DNA of 64,000 nt from Neodothiora populina (lineage: Eukaryota): assembly GCF_041146345.1 (NCBI RefSeq), contig NW_027191415.1:124001-188000 (forward strand), given 5' to 3'. Below the pieces are notes generated by a model. That model did not search any database and was not told the DNA's origin. It was given only the letters and a program-made list of their open reading frames with translations. Position numbers and translations under genes: made by a program. Positions within the stretch are counted from its first letter, which is position 1; the number at the start of each line of letters is the position of its first letter. Shown one piece after another: positions 12,093-24,364 of this stretch.

Positions 12093-15000
12093 ATGGCCCG
12101 ACATCACGATGACACGTACGCCCATATTAATGCTGACCAAGGGCATGAAAATGCATACGACAATCACGAAGCACACGTCTATACAAACAAGCAATCATCC
12201 GACAGAGAGGGCGACGCCAGCGCGACTGATGAATCATATGGATATAGCACAGATGATGACACAAGCGATATTGGGCGGGCGGTGACGACGTCGACCTACC
12301 AGCCTGCGACACCCTCGAGAGTATCAACATCGACTTCGAATGCCAGATATACATCCCCTTCACCACGACCACACTTTCGAAACGGATCACGCGAGAGTCG
12401 AGTCGCTGGCTTCCATCCTCGTTCCCGTTCCAACCTTGGGTCTGATCCACCAACCACACCGCCGTCGCGACGAGGCTCCCTGCGCGCGTCTCGGACTTCG
12501 ACCCCAACAACCTTTGTGCCGTCCAAACAAGATCGCCTGCGTTACAGCTGGCAGTCTCTGGTCGACGAGGATGAGTCTAGCAAGCCCCGTATCCACGTCA
12601 TCAAGATTGTATCGACTGCCTCTACTGCTTCGGCAGGTATTGGCCAAGAGGAGGCATTTGGGTTTTCCATCTCTGGTGGAGGAAAGAGGATAGCAGTCTA
12701 CAACTCGGCGCGCATCTTCATCTTACAAACTGCCGCGTTGCCCGTCAATGTGTCGCAAGAGTATGCGCTGAAGAGGAAGCCGTTGGCGGTCGAGGTTGTG
12801 GATGAAGAAAATGTGCTGGCTGTGCTTGCAGACGAACATACTATCAACATATATCATCTGTCGCATTCTGATGTTCGCCGATCGAGAACCATCAGACCAG
12901 ATCATCCCACCTACACCATTGCATTATCCAAGACTGGAGCACTTTTGGCAGCTGCGTATGAAGGAGGCGTCGAGATCTTTTCCTTGGCCCAAAGTGCGCT
13001 GAGCACCGATAGACGCGCAATCAGGTCGCCGCGCATGGACAAGCTTCTCTTCTCAGACGATTCATCTACTCTGCTGGGCACCACGACTCGCCTTCACGCT
13101 TCTTCGACAGTTGTTGTTTCCGTCCCAGTCTTTCCTGCTAACCCTGATGGAGTGCCAAGCCATGATGAGCTCAAGAACGCATGGTGCGGTGGTCTCTTGA
13201 ACCCCGAAAACATTCGTAACAGCAGCCACGCGACCTTCTGGCGTGAAGGAACTCACATGTCGAATGAGGACATATTTGCCTGGGATGGTTCCGAGGATAC
13301 ATTTGGAATCATGCATCTCCCATCGCTCGAATACGGCAATGTTGCTTGTCCACTCGGCGTTTCGCAACCTCTTTCCGTCGTCGGAGGCCTTGGCGCCGCC
13401 GTCCATTCCACTCCTGCCGTTGACGAGTCAGGTTGCTCGGTCGCCATGATCGTGAACCATACCACCGTGCGTATCTACACAATCCCACAGGAACCGGTCG
13501 AGGGCGATGTTCGAGTCGAAGCTCACAGTCTGGATCACGAACTCAATGATGAGTATGGATGTCCATTCGCCGATGTGCGCTGGGTCCACTCTCACAAAAG
13601 CATCGCGCCACCGGCCGATTGCGACGTAAGGACTCGAGGTCGACTCATAGTCGCGAGCCCGGGAAGTATGTGTGATCCAGAAATGGCGCAGCAGACCGTA
13701 CAGGATATCGAGGGCGGACGCATCATCATTTTCGACTTTGATCCGCAATATGCTGGTCAGCCAGGCCAGCTCTTTACTTTCACGCTCGGAAAAGCTCCGC
13801 CACTGAAGCTGGACGAAGAGGACTTGGATGTGGCTACAGAGGTCGATCTTGTACGGCGACGTACCATCTCGCGAAATAGGAATGGTACTCTGGGCGAGAA
13901 GCCACCTTCGCTTGGTCGCACCGCCACCACGAGGAGGAAGAACGAACTCAGCCGCATGCACAACAGCAGTCCTATGTTTGAGCCGTCCACTTCGATGCAG
14001 AACACTCCTATTCAGGAGCATGCGCCTATCCACCTGTTCAGTCATCTTAGGGGAAGTCATCATCCAAGCAGTTCCCTTGCTTCGCTAATACCAGAGGCCA
14101 CTCGCTCGTTACCAGATCTTCTCGAAGCTAGTGAGCTTGCGTACGAGCAGCCGTACACTCAGGGTGCTCCCCGCTCCGGAGGCGCTATCCAGCGCGCTGC
14201 CACAAATGCAAATAGACATCGATTTCAGACACTGGAGGAGCAGAGAGTCGAACACATCAACCCTGATGGCTTGACTTTGCCCGCCTACAGTGAGATTGCC
14301 AATCAGCCCTTGCCAGCTAAATTTCGCAAGCTGGCTGGACTCGACATACCATCTACAGGACGGTATATCCACACTTCGGGTATTGCAACGGCTCCTCCAA
14401 CGATACAAGAAGCACGTGATGGCTATCCCTTCCCGACCACTGCAGCTCGACCGGCAAACCTGAGTCCTATCCTGCAGAGCACACCACGTGCGTCCGACAG
14501 TGACGTCTCAAGTTCTGTGAGTAGAACAACGGCAAGCTCTCACGAAGGTTGGGACAGTGATTCGCCAGTTTCGAGCCGGACGCCTACCATGCCAATTTTG
14601 AGTCATCAACCCAGCTGGGAGACGGTCACCACGCAACAGCGTGATCCCTTTTATCCGTCTTCGGAACAGTCATTTTCTCCAATATCTCGTACGGCTACGC
14701 AAGCTAGTGTAGGTTCGCCGACGTCGCCGGGATTGCAATCCCCACCAATGCTACCACTCCCGTCTGCGCAGCAGAGTCTGCCTGAACCGTCGTCTTCTGT
14801 CTCTCATGAGGTTCCTTCTGCCGCTTCTGTCCCAAACCATCTTGGCATATCCTTCCGCCACTCCTTGCTGCTTCCGCTTGACCAGTACCCTTTGTCAAGC
14901 GAGGACAGACCTCCCAGTGCTGCCAGCACGAGCGCAGCTCACTCGCCTATACATGGCCAAGTTAACATGAACGCCAATGGTAACTCTAACTCTTACTACC

Positions 15001-15758
15001 GTGCTCTCACGCAACGCCAGACGCCTTTCCAGCGTGTGAATGGACTGGCTACCGGGGTGGGTGGCATAAGTGCACCGCGGAGTTCATTGGCGAGCGGCAA
15101 CACATCGAACGGCGTAAGCTCGGGCAGTGTTCCTCATCCAGTCACAGGCTGGTACGCACCGGCGCCGAGATCTCCAGCTGTTTCCTCTGTGCACGGGAGC
15201 AACAGCAGCATGAATGGCAGTGATAGACCGTCTATATCAGTCACGCCATCCCCAATAGATCCAGGAACGCCAACTTTCCAAACCGGCATCAACGCTGTTC
15301 GTGACCCTCCGAGACCAGACTTTGCGACTCGCGCGGCCTCGGCGCCTTTGACCAGGTATCTAGCCACGAACTCTCCCTCCGACAACTCGGGAACAAAGAC
15401 GACCATAATCTCGACAGCGAACAAGGGCACCAACCCTCACGACTCCTCAGCGTCCATCAGCACTGATCCCAGCAAGGGCAAACCGACCGCTTTCCTCAAC
15501 AGGAACGGCACCGTGACCCAGAGCCTAGCAGTCCCCAACATCGCGGTCCAGCGAAGCAAATCCGTCGGAGGCGTCGGCGGGATATACAACAACATCAGCG
15601 GCAAAAGAAGAACACTGCGGGGTGCAGGACCAGGAGAAAGCAGTCCCAATAGTCTCTCAGCCAGCGGCGAGGGCACTCCGACAAGGGGATCCTCGCTGCA
15701 GATGAGAGATGAGTTTAAGGAATTGGAGACTCAGGGTAAGAAATGCGTCGTCATGTGA
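12093..15758 (+). CDS. Large intronless hypothetical protein with a predicted beta-propeller/WD40-like region, a Ser/Pro-rich tail and a C-terminal CaaX motif
   Basis: 1221-aa ORF; repeated beta-strand segments (ALSKTGALLAAAYEGGVEIF, LLFSDDSSTLLG); ends KKCVVM*. Confidence 0.75.
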   Translation: MARHHDDTYAHINADQGHENAYDNHEAHVYTNKQSSDREGDASATDESYGYSTDDDTSDIGRAVTTSTYQPATPSRVSTSTSNARYTSPSPRPHFRNGSRESRVAGFHPRSRSNLGSDPPTTPPSRRGSLRASRTSTPTTFVPSKQDRLRYSWQSLVDEDESSKPRIHVIKIVSTASTASAGIGQEEAFGFSISGGGKRIAVYNSARIFILQTAALPVNVSQEYALKRKPLAVEVVDEENVLAVLADEHTINIYHLSHSDVRRSRTIRPDHPTYTIALSKTGALLAAAYEGGVEIFSLAQSALSTDRRAIRSPRMDKLLFSDDSSTLLGTTTRLHASSTVVVSVPVFPANPDGVPSHDELKNAWCGGLLNPENIRNSSHATFWREGTHMSNEDIFAWDGSEDTFGIMHLPSLEYGNVACPLGVSQPLSVVGGLGAAVHSTPAVDESGCSVAMIVNHTTVRIYTIPQEPVEGDVRVEAHSLDHELNDEYGCPFADVRWVHSHKSIAPPADCDVRTRGRLIVASPGSMCDPEMAQQTVQDIEGGRIIIFDFDPQYAGQPGQLFTFTLGKAPPLKLDEEDLDVATEVDLVRRRTISRNRNGTLGEKPPSLGRTATTRRKNELSRMHNSSPMFEPSTSMQNTPIQEHAPIHLFSHLRGSHHPSSSLASLIPEATRSLPDLLEASELAYEQPYTQGAPRSGGAIQRAATNANRHRFQTLEEQRVEHINPDGLTLPAYSEIANQPLPAKFRKLAGLDIPSTGRYIHTSGIATAPPTIQEARDGYPFPTTAARPANLSPILQSTPRASDSDVSSSVSRTTASSHEGWDSDSPVSSRTPTMPILSHQPSWETVTTQQRDPFYPSSEQSFSPISRTATQASVGSPTSPGLQSPPMLPLPSAQQSLPEPSSSVSHEVPSAASVPNHLGISFRHSLLLPLDQYPLSSEDRPPSAASTSAAHSPIHGQVNMNANGNSNSYYRALTQRQTPFQRVNGLATGVGGISAPRSSLASGNTSNGVSSGSVPHPVTGWYAPAPRSPAVSSVHGSNSSMNGSDRPSISVTPSPIDPGTPTFQTGINAVRDPPRPDFATRAASAPLTRYLATNSPSDNSGTKTTIISTANKGTNPHDSSASISTDPSKGKPTAFLNRNGTVTQSLAVPNIAVQRSKSVGGVGGIYNNISGKRRTLRGAGPGESSPNSLSASGEGTPTRGSSLQMRDEFKELETQGKKCVVM

Positions 15759-16229
15759 ATTTCCGAGTCTTGCCCTTTGCTGCTCACGCGCAGACTTCTC
15801 GTCGGATGGGATCATTTTATTCTTTTTCGGTTTTCTCTTGGGGTTGCGGAGCATATTTATATCATATCATATCATTTAGCGGCATCTTTTACCATTTTGT
15901 TCTTTTGTTTTCAATGACATGCTCAAACATGATGGAACGTATGCATAAATTTTTCCCATGTGCGCGAACGTCGGGGGATTTCTCATAAAGATCACGTCCT
16001 GGATCGAATACCAGGAAGACAGACAGGCATATCCTAGTCTTTTGCGAAAGAGGAAAGTTCCTAGAGAATGAACACCTTTTCTCCTCCTGACACTGATACT
16101 GATGCTCTGCTTTGGTTAGTGGATGATTGTTTGAGGAATACGATAGTCATGAATATATATATACTAACCATATGATTTTCTCTTGTTACATTGCACGGAT
16201 CAAATTGCATGTGAGAAGGAATGGGAGAC

Positions 16230-18554
16230 TCACCATTCACCGACAAAGGTAGGGAACTTGGTGACCTGAGCGAGATATTCGGCTTGACCACAAACAGCAC
16301 CGGCCACATATTGAGAGTAAGTACCCGCTGCGGCAAAGTAGTAGACGTGCTCGTCCATGACAATGTTAGCGTCGGCATCAAAGTAGGAAACCCAGTGGTC
16401 CGCGCCCTGGAAAGAGGTTTGAAGCATGAGAGGAATGCGGGAATCGACCATGGCAACGCGAGCAAGGCACTCAGTGATGTAGGTAACAATGTAATCAGAG
16501 GCGTTGGACGACAAGCCAGCGGTCGTACCAAAGCCGGCGAGGTTATCCGAGGCTTCGTTGATGGGAGCAATGGTCCATGAGAAAAGGTTGCCGCTCTCGA
16601 CGAAGAAGTCAAGAATGGCATCAATAGCTTGGTAGGAGTACTCGAGATTGGTGCTGCAGTGACTAATCAGTATAGGATCTTCTGTTTGACCAAGTAATCG
16701 AGCGTACCTATTGAAGAACCAGTCATCGTGCTGCAGAAATTCAAAGTTAGCTTTCAATTGCATTTGATCCACAAGACAGTTGTCTATAGACTTATCATCA
16801 GAGCCTCGCCAATATCGAGGTTGTTGACACCACCGGGAAGAGAGTGCAGGCCGATGATAACGTGTATGCCATAAGTCTTGATAGCGTAGTCGCAAATGGT
16901 CTTGAGATAAGACTTCTGTTTACCGTGATAGAGCTCAGAGCCAAGAACTTCGACCCATGCAGCATAGGTATTAGGGATCCTGCACCAGTGATCAGCGATA
17001 GAATGTTACATAAAACCGTAAAAGCTGCTCGGTATTCGCAATGGGAATGTCGTACCTGAGAATATTGACACCGACGCTTGCAAGTTGGTCAATTGTGGAG
17101 GTGTTGAAATAAGATTCGTAACGAGCTTCAAGTGTAGGACCACATTCCTCGCCATGAGTCTGGCACAAGTGCCACTCATCGGTAACCTGAGTCCATGGCC
17201 AGTCTGTAAGCCTTACTTGGTATGTTACGAAGAATAACAAACCTCTGTAGCGTTGACAACGCCGGCCCACCAGATAGGATCGTGAGTCTGTTCCTTTTCG
17301 AGCCAGCCTCCAAGGTTGGCACCGTAAGCCTTGAAGCTTCTCCAGTCAAGGAAAGCTCCACTGGTAGTTGGAGTGGCAGCTGTGGCAGAAGAAATAACCC
17401 AAGTAGAGGTGCTAGCCTTCATGCAGGTGCCAGGGTCGACGGAGCTAGAGAATCCGTAGCTGTGGGAGATAGTGTACTTGTTGCTACCGGAAGTGGATCC
17501 ACTGTTGGTAGCTTAGGAAGATGACCAGGTCTGAGTATACAGTTGGCAGTACTGTCCGATAGCAACGTTGTTGCGAGAAAGAATGTAGGTGTTGAAGAAC
17601 TTGCAAGACTTGCCACCATTCTTGATGCTTGCAGCACTCTTTGCATTGCACGCACTTGCGCACAGGCCAGCATCGAATGGACCACCGGTGAACACCCCAC
17701 TGCTCAGGAAAGTAGTCTAGCCATTGCAGTCCACAGGAGCGTCAATAGCAGTGGTGCCGTAGTAAGCGGGAGTGCTGAATCCATCGGCCGCAGTGATGGT
17801 ATTGTTCACATATCCATTAGACCCTGCAATGACGACGTGGAAGTCCTTACGCCATTCACCATAGTTGACAGCATTATCAGTGGTGACCGGACCACCCCAG
17901 AAGACACACTTGATGTTAGTGGTGCTGGAAGGGTCCTCACAGCCAGTGCCAGGGTTGACCGTAGGGCCTCTCTCAAAATGGAGGTTGAAAGCGGCACAAG
18001 CGGATATAGCATCGCACTTCTTTGCGCAGGTGGCCGTGTCGTAAGCATTTAGAGCAGTATAGCCCAAGTATCCTGCAGAGGCATTAATATGTCGTCAGAC
18101 TTCGAACTGCATCGTACCAACGCACCATAAGCATTGTTTGAAGCATTCAAGTTAGTGGAGGACTGAGTGTAACCAGAAGGAATAGTAGCGGATTTGGCAG
18201 CGCTGGCGAAAGCACTGTATGACTGGAAAGCTGCTGGTGTATAGGGGAAGGCACCGCGCCATAGCCAGTGGGCTGGGTGGCACAAGTGCTACGCTTTTCC
18301 AAAGCAGCAGTGCCGTTGCTGACATCGGAACTGTCAGACAGATCCACAGAAGCATCGCTCGAAAGGACCGAGGTCTCGACAGCCGAAGCAGCGGCCTCAG
18401 AATCATAGGCAACAACTTGAGAAGTGACATCAGAAGGGACTGTCACATTCTCCAGAGTTGCGATAGCGTCAATAAGATCAAGGTCAAGGGACTGAGGGAA
18501 AGGAGAGGCAATGGCCACAGCCGCAAGGGCCGACACAAGAAGGAATGAACGCAT
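16230..18554 (-). pseudogene. Disrupted secreted protein: signal peptide, two Cys-rich (PAN/apple-like) modules and a GH5 glucanase domain
   Basis: Signal MRSFLLVSALAAVAIASP; GH5 motifs GANLGGWL, DEWHLC, LRIP, GLHSLPGG, PINEA, DEHVY, FVGEW. Lesions: frameshift ~18242, TAG 17719-17717, TAA 17515-17513, apparent donor ATAAGT at 16795, no recognisable exon after GEW. Confidence 0.88.
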
Positions 18555-20908
18555 GTCGAAACCGAGTGACTGGGAAGGTGATGATCTACCAATCGAGACG
18601 ATCTTCACAGCCTATTTTTACGGATAGATCGAGCAGAAGGTAGAGGGGGGTTCTTGATCGACGATTATTCTCAGGCCCGATACTGGCACTTATGAGCAAG
18701 ACAGACCGTAAATTTAAGCATGACAGGGATCATTCGGTGGATCGGCTAGTAAGTTCGTGGCTAGAATTGGAATCGTCACCAGGTGTTATGGTCGTTTGAG
18801 AAAGGCATAATGAAGCCCTACTATTGCCCTACCCTGTGTGCCTCGTGTCGATGGCACCATGTGGTGCACCCTAAGATAGACCTCGTGGGTTTAGGGCAGA
18901 TGTTCTGCAGTCTTTGCCGGTCTATCACGGTACCTCCTGGATGGATGTTACCAATCCAAAGGTAAAAGAGTCGGGTGCACTCTGCAACCGTGGATATTGT
19001 TCTTGCTGAAGTCGAGGACGCTAGGACTCGGGAGCACATATAATTCAAAAATTTGAACCAAGCCTTGTTCCTGATATCTATCTTCAAAGAAGAAGGTACA
19101 GGCAATCATCCGTACATTGGCAATCAGATACCTGGTGCAATCAAAGGGGCCGGGATATCTCAAACTGCAACGGAGGGGGGCATACAAATACTTACGTCCA
19201 CTTCCTAGGATGACTTGCTGTAAAGATTAAGAGTCTCAAACCCTGAGTTCTATGGCAAGACGTTGATTATCAGAGCCATGGCCGTATGAGTAGATTGTCC
19301 GGGCCCACATTATGGGGCTCCTATAGCTGCCCTACACTATACTTTCTCGGTCATAGACTGGGACTTGAGCATTGGCGACAAAGTTGAAGATGGAAACTGA
19401 ATCTGTGTCTCTTCGGATCATGCCAGGCACTAAATCAGTCCTTGATCGCGATTTCTCGGTCGATGAAGTTATCGACATCGATGGTATTGGCTCACATAGT
19501 ATTCCAATAGAGATAGTGATGGAGAGAGTCTTTCAGACAATAGGTGCTCATACAACCATACCTCAAACACTTTCGAGGTGTGGCATTTCTTCGAGAAGAC
19601 TTCCCACCTATCGCACCCGCTTCTAGGGCAAATGCCGATGGAGTCCAACAGACAATTCGCAACCTTATTCCACGAAATGATCCACAATATGATAGAAATC
19701 ACACTTCGACAGAAAATTTGCCTGCGGTGCCCACTCTTGCAAGCGTGAGAATAAACAGTGCTTGCGGATAAAACGGCTACGCCGTGATGTCCAAATGCCA
19801 TCCTTACAAGCCTTCGCAGCTTGTCAAGACCGCTCTACCGCCTCTCGAATTGTTTATACGTGGGGTTCGTACATGCGATAGAGACTTAATCAAGAACTCG
19901 CGGCCTTACCCAATTAAAGACGATCGGAGGCGTTATCCACGGTTCATACTTCCCACAAAGTAGATGTTCGCACGTGGGAAGGCTAAAGCCTTATCTACAG
20001 CCCTAACCTAGATTCAAATTAACGGGCGGTCGAAGTCTTTGCAACCAATGATGTAGTAATCACAACCAATATTGGAAAAGGGCATCGTATTCACAAGGTC
20101 GAAGACCAAGACCTCCCGAGTGCATTAGGTTTCGCGCATTCTTCGATGGAGGTGCTGGTAACAGGTAGTCCCCCTGCATCCAACAGCAATCAGATAGGGC
20201 GAGGCAATCTGAGCACAACACTTGGTCGATGTTGCATGTACCGCGTGGATCAATCTATGGTTTCCGATCAACCCCAGACCTGCAAGAGAGCGCTCGGTCT
20301 GCCGCTATCGTCAAGTTCGAGACTGGATGCAAGTGTGAAGTGGGTCAGAATCACAGATGATCACCAAAAGAACATTCGAGATCACGTTGAGATCGCAGAC
20401 ATGAATTTCGACTGTCCGCATCACCCGGAAACGCCTTGGAGAAGTAACTTCGCAAGTTTTATATATGGGCACCACCTAACATTAGGGCTCCGGTCGGTGC
20501 CGACGCCCGATTGCGGAAGCTTTCGACTTCATCTGATATGGTTCTCTTCACAAAGCCATGTTTAGATATCTACCACTTACTGTAATTCTCAAGTATGCAT
20601 CAGACACACGGTGAAAGTACGATTTCAAAAACATGGTGTTTCAACGATCAAGCATTCATTCATCATTATAATTGATCAACGGATCATTTCCGTTCCGAAC
20701 AGCGACATTTCTCGATTCAGCAACCAAAGGGCGTCGATGTCTTTGCCCGCCTAAATCTGGGCTTCACAAGGCGTGCATCTCCAAGCTTAGGATGTTCTTC
20801 GATCTTTCATCACCATGTATATATAGGCCTATTGAGATGTCAAGTTATACATCAGAAACCATAATCAAACACTTTCATAATTGATATTGATACAAGCATC
20901 CTTCATCC

Positions 20909-21604
20909 ATGTCTTCTGTACAAAGCACATCATCGACCGAGGCGGCCCCAAGACGTTTCAAAGCTATCATCTTCGATCTGCTTACCGCTCTCCTCGATTC
21001 TTGGACTCTTTGGGAATCCTGCATACCTTCCGGGTCATCTTGTACTGGTCACAGCTGGCGTGAGCGATATCTCGCCATCACTTTCAACCAAGGATCTTAC
21101 AGCTCGTATGCCTCGCTGGTCCACGAAGCAGCTAGAGATGTCGGTCTCCCAGCATCCGCTGCTGAAGCGCTACTGAACAACTGGTATCAGCTTGAGTCTT
21201 GGCCAGAAGTACCTGATATTATCCAAAAGTTGAGAAGCTCTGGCATGAAACTCGTTGTTCTCACAAATTGCTCGAGCAGTCTCGGACACCAAGCAGTCAA
21301 CGACCTGTGCCGTATAGTGGAAGAGAGAAGCGGCGAGCCATTTGCGTTTGATGTTGTGATAACAGCCGAAGAGAGTGATTGGTATAAACCACATCACAAG
21401 GCGTACGAGGCTGGCCTGAAAGCGCTGAATATGGACCCAGAAGAGGTTTTGTTTGTCGCTGGGAGTGCTGGAGACGTAGCTGGTGCAACAAATGCGGGGA
21501 TGAAGGTAGCATGGAATAATCATATCGGACTTGTACGATACGACAGTGTAGAGCCGTTGAGGGAGGGAAGGTCCCTGGAAGAAGCACTGCGCGGAATAAT
21601 CTAA
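20909..21604 (+). CDS. HAD-superfamily hydrolase (haloacid dehalogenase-like)
   Basis: 231-aa intronless ORF; motif I AIIFDLLTALLD, motif II VLTN, motif III YKP, motif IV FVAGSAGDVAGA. Confidence 0.9.
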   Translation: MSSVQSTSSTEAAPRRFKAIIFDLLTALLDSWTLWESCIPSGSSCTGHSWRERYLAITFNQGSYSSYASLVHEAARDVGLPASAAEALLNNWYQLESWPEVPDIIQKLRSSGMKLVVLTNCSSSLGHQAVNDLCRIVEERSGEPFAFDVVITAEESDWYKPHHKAYEAGLKALNMDPEEVLFVAGSAGDVAGATNAGMKVAWNNHIGLVRYDSVEPLREGRSLEEALRGII

Positions 21605-24364
21605 GTTCCTCGCTATATCAAATGTCGTTTGAGATGAATTCCTCATTTGTATAATGATCTTTTGGCTGTAGGTGACTCAGGCGACAGGACCGTTGCCAGA
21701 CTGCGATCAGAGTATCGACATCATATTGCGAGACCAGCTGCTGCATTCGGCGGCGCAAAGTAAGAGGCCTAGTCAACATATATGGATCATCCATCTCAAG
21801 CGCGCGTTCTAATCCCTGATTTATTCTGTGGTACCTTGCTTGCGACAACAGATGTGAAGTCAAGCAAGAAAGACCAAACAGCGGACGAATCGAAAGATTT
21901 TACTCTTAATACGTAGTTGCTTCTTCCAACAACGATCTCGCCTTTGACTGATAATCGCTCCACGTATGCACGGGTATTACTTCGATTTACCTTCCGAAGC
22001 GGGCCCTTTGATCTGATCCTCATTCTCGAGCCCATTCCCGAAAGCCTCTGGTTGTCACTCTCTTCGACAATGTAGGCTTTGTTTGAAGGCATAATATAGA
22101 TTTGAGCCGGTAGAACGATCGAAGGTCCCTGAAACGAGTCAGGTACAATCTGATAAATGAGCTGCCCAAGGGAAAGTTCCAAGCTAAAGTATGGTACAAT
22201 ACTCCAGTAGTACTAATGTACATGTCCTTCGATGTTGTGGGACATGGTGGAGAAGGCACGTGCATTGCCAAGCTCTCAATCTTTGTGATGGTTTAGTGAT
22301 AGTGGAAGGCACCTCGATGTTACCTTCTCGCAGAACACTTCTAAGTTTCTCGAAACACACATGATGTGAAACGCAAACGAGGCATGCGCACACCTGTATT
22401 GTCGAGCTAATGAAGCCGATCAGCACCTCCAGAGTTTACAATAACTACACCTACAAGAGGCTGCTGACGAGTTCAGGCAGCAGGGCTCTAGAGCAACAAG
22501 TGGGAGCCATTTATCCTCTCGCGCCACCATGGAGCCGGTGTTCATGCTGCTACATGTCTACAAGAGCAAGGTAAAGGGTCACTGCATGAACGATAGAGCC
22601 ACCTCATCAGTGTTTACCCGCATATACTTGATCAACGACAGCGTCTAAGAAGCGCATTAGCGGTCTCGGCATTCACGTTCAGATCATTTAGAGCACGCGA
22701 CGTCGCTGCACAATCTAGACCCCTGGCCATAAAAAGAGCTATCCGGCAGGTTGGTGCCCCTGTAACAATTGGATGCCTGAGAGTCAGCGACGGGATGAAA
22801 GGGAAGAAATCACATTATTACACCTCGTCAACTTCTCACGAAGAAGGTATCGTCGATCAGGCATGATGAAAAGCGAAGCTAGAAGGTAGCAGGCCTGCCT
22901 TCTCGCTCTTCTGATCATAACAATTTGACCAGCAATTGATCCAGGTAGGATGACCTCCAATGCACTACGCTTCTCATTATTGGTATTGTCCTAATCAGGT
23001 AGGTGTTGCCAAGGAATAGCAAATCCCTCGGTCTCGATCATGGGGGATGTCTCCACATAGCGCGACCACTGATTAGCGGAAGGACTGGCAGTTTACATGA
23101 CAATATCTGACAGCGAGCAAGAATCTGAACTGTTCAGTTCACGATTATGTTTGGAAGGGGGAGCGCAATAGGGCCAGCAAATTCCTACGTGGTAGTGATG
23201 ATTGCATCAATCGACCTGTATGTCATAGCAGCAAGGCCATGACATAACCTTGGGAGTATTACTGTTTGCACTTGTGTGCTTTGAGTTCGAGGAACCAGAA
23301 AGTAACGTCCAAAGTGAGCAATGAAAAAGCTTCGTGTTATCGACTTGCGCGAAACGGGCGCAACTGGAGCCGTTGCCCGCCTTGAATGAGTAACTTAAGT
23401 GCCTTACCACAGGAGAGCCCCAAGCCAGCACAGCTGCAGAGTTGAGTGCAGAGGCAGATCATCACGGCGATCTTCTCTCTAGACTTAGATGTCGACTCGA
23501 CGATATGATGGTGATATCTGTAGTCGGAGACGTCATTGAACAGTATCACTCCCCCAGTGTGTGCCGCCGTGCCAGCGACCAGCACGATGGCGCGGGTATG
23601 TCCCAGGCCATGTGACGTGCAGATGAACAGGGATGGTCGAGAGGGGGTTTGTGAAAATGTGTTTCAGCTACCGAATAGAATTGAGGCCCGGGATCCGGCG
23701 CTAAACCGTGGTGAGGTCAAAAGCGCTGAGACTGCGATAATGTTCTCTTTCCCCGCAATTGAGAAACCTCGAGCTGCCCCCGCATCCCTCCCATCGTCGA
23801 CCTTGGACAGGCTGATCCCTCGAAGGCCCGATTCGCTGCGAACCAGACTAATTTCAAGCCGCATACGACACTGGGCCAACGCGAGGTCTGGGTTGATTTC
23901 ATTGCGCTGGGCAAAAAGCTGAAGGTTAGTCGCCGCTTTTTCCTACGGGGCCAAGCTTCATTGGACTTTTGCCTCCCCCACCTATACCAAATCTTTCTCC
24001 CATCTACATCTGCACGCTTGCTATCACAGCCTGGGACACCATCATTCGCACGGACGTAGACTTGTTTTGTTGGTGCCAAGGAACCCATCATCCTGAGACG
24101 GGGCGTCTTTCTAACACAAGCCACCAGAACGAGATCCATGTATTAGTCGTGATGGCCTGGCTACCTTCCTGCCTAAACGTCTTTTGCTGAGCGCCTTCCA
24201 CACGATCAGTCCACAGCGAAAAAACCCGTCTAGCCTGCCATAGCGCTCCAGATCTTCACCCTCCTCGTACAGCAGGCGAGGCGAACGCCCCATGACATAT
24301 AGTCCGGACCCGCACATACTTGATCTTTTGTACCTTTCATTGCACGCAACCGTGCCAAGTCATC

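Noticed and set aside
19372..19771. Two overlapping protein-like plus-strand ORFs, possibly a decayed gene
   Set aside because: No recognisable motif or splice model; cannot be supported without a homology search.
21618..22426. Chain of short minus-strand ORFs
   Set aside because: No family motif and mostly non-ATG starts; could be chance or an unrecognisable remnant.
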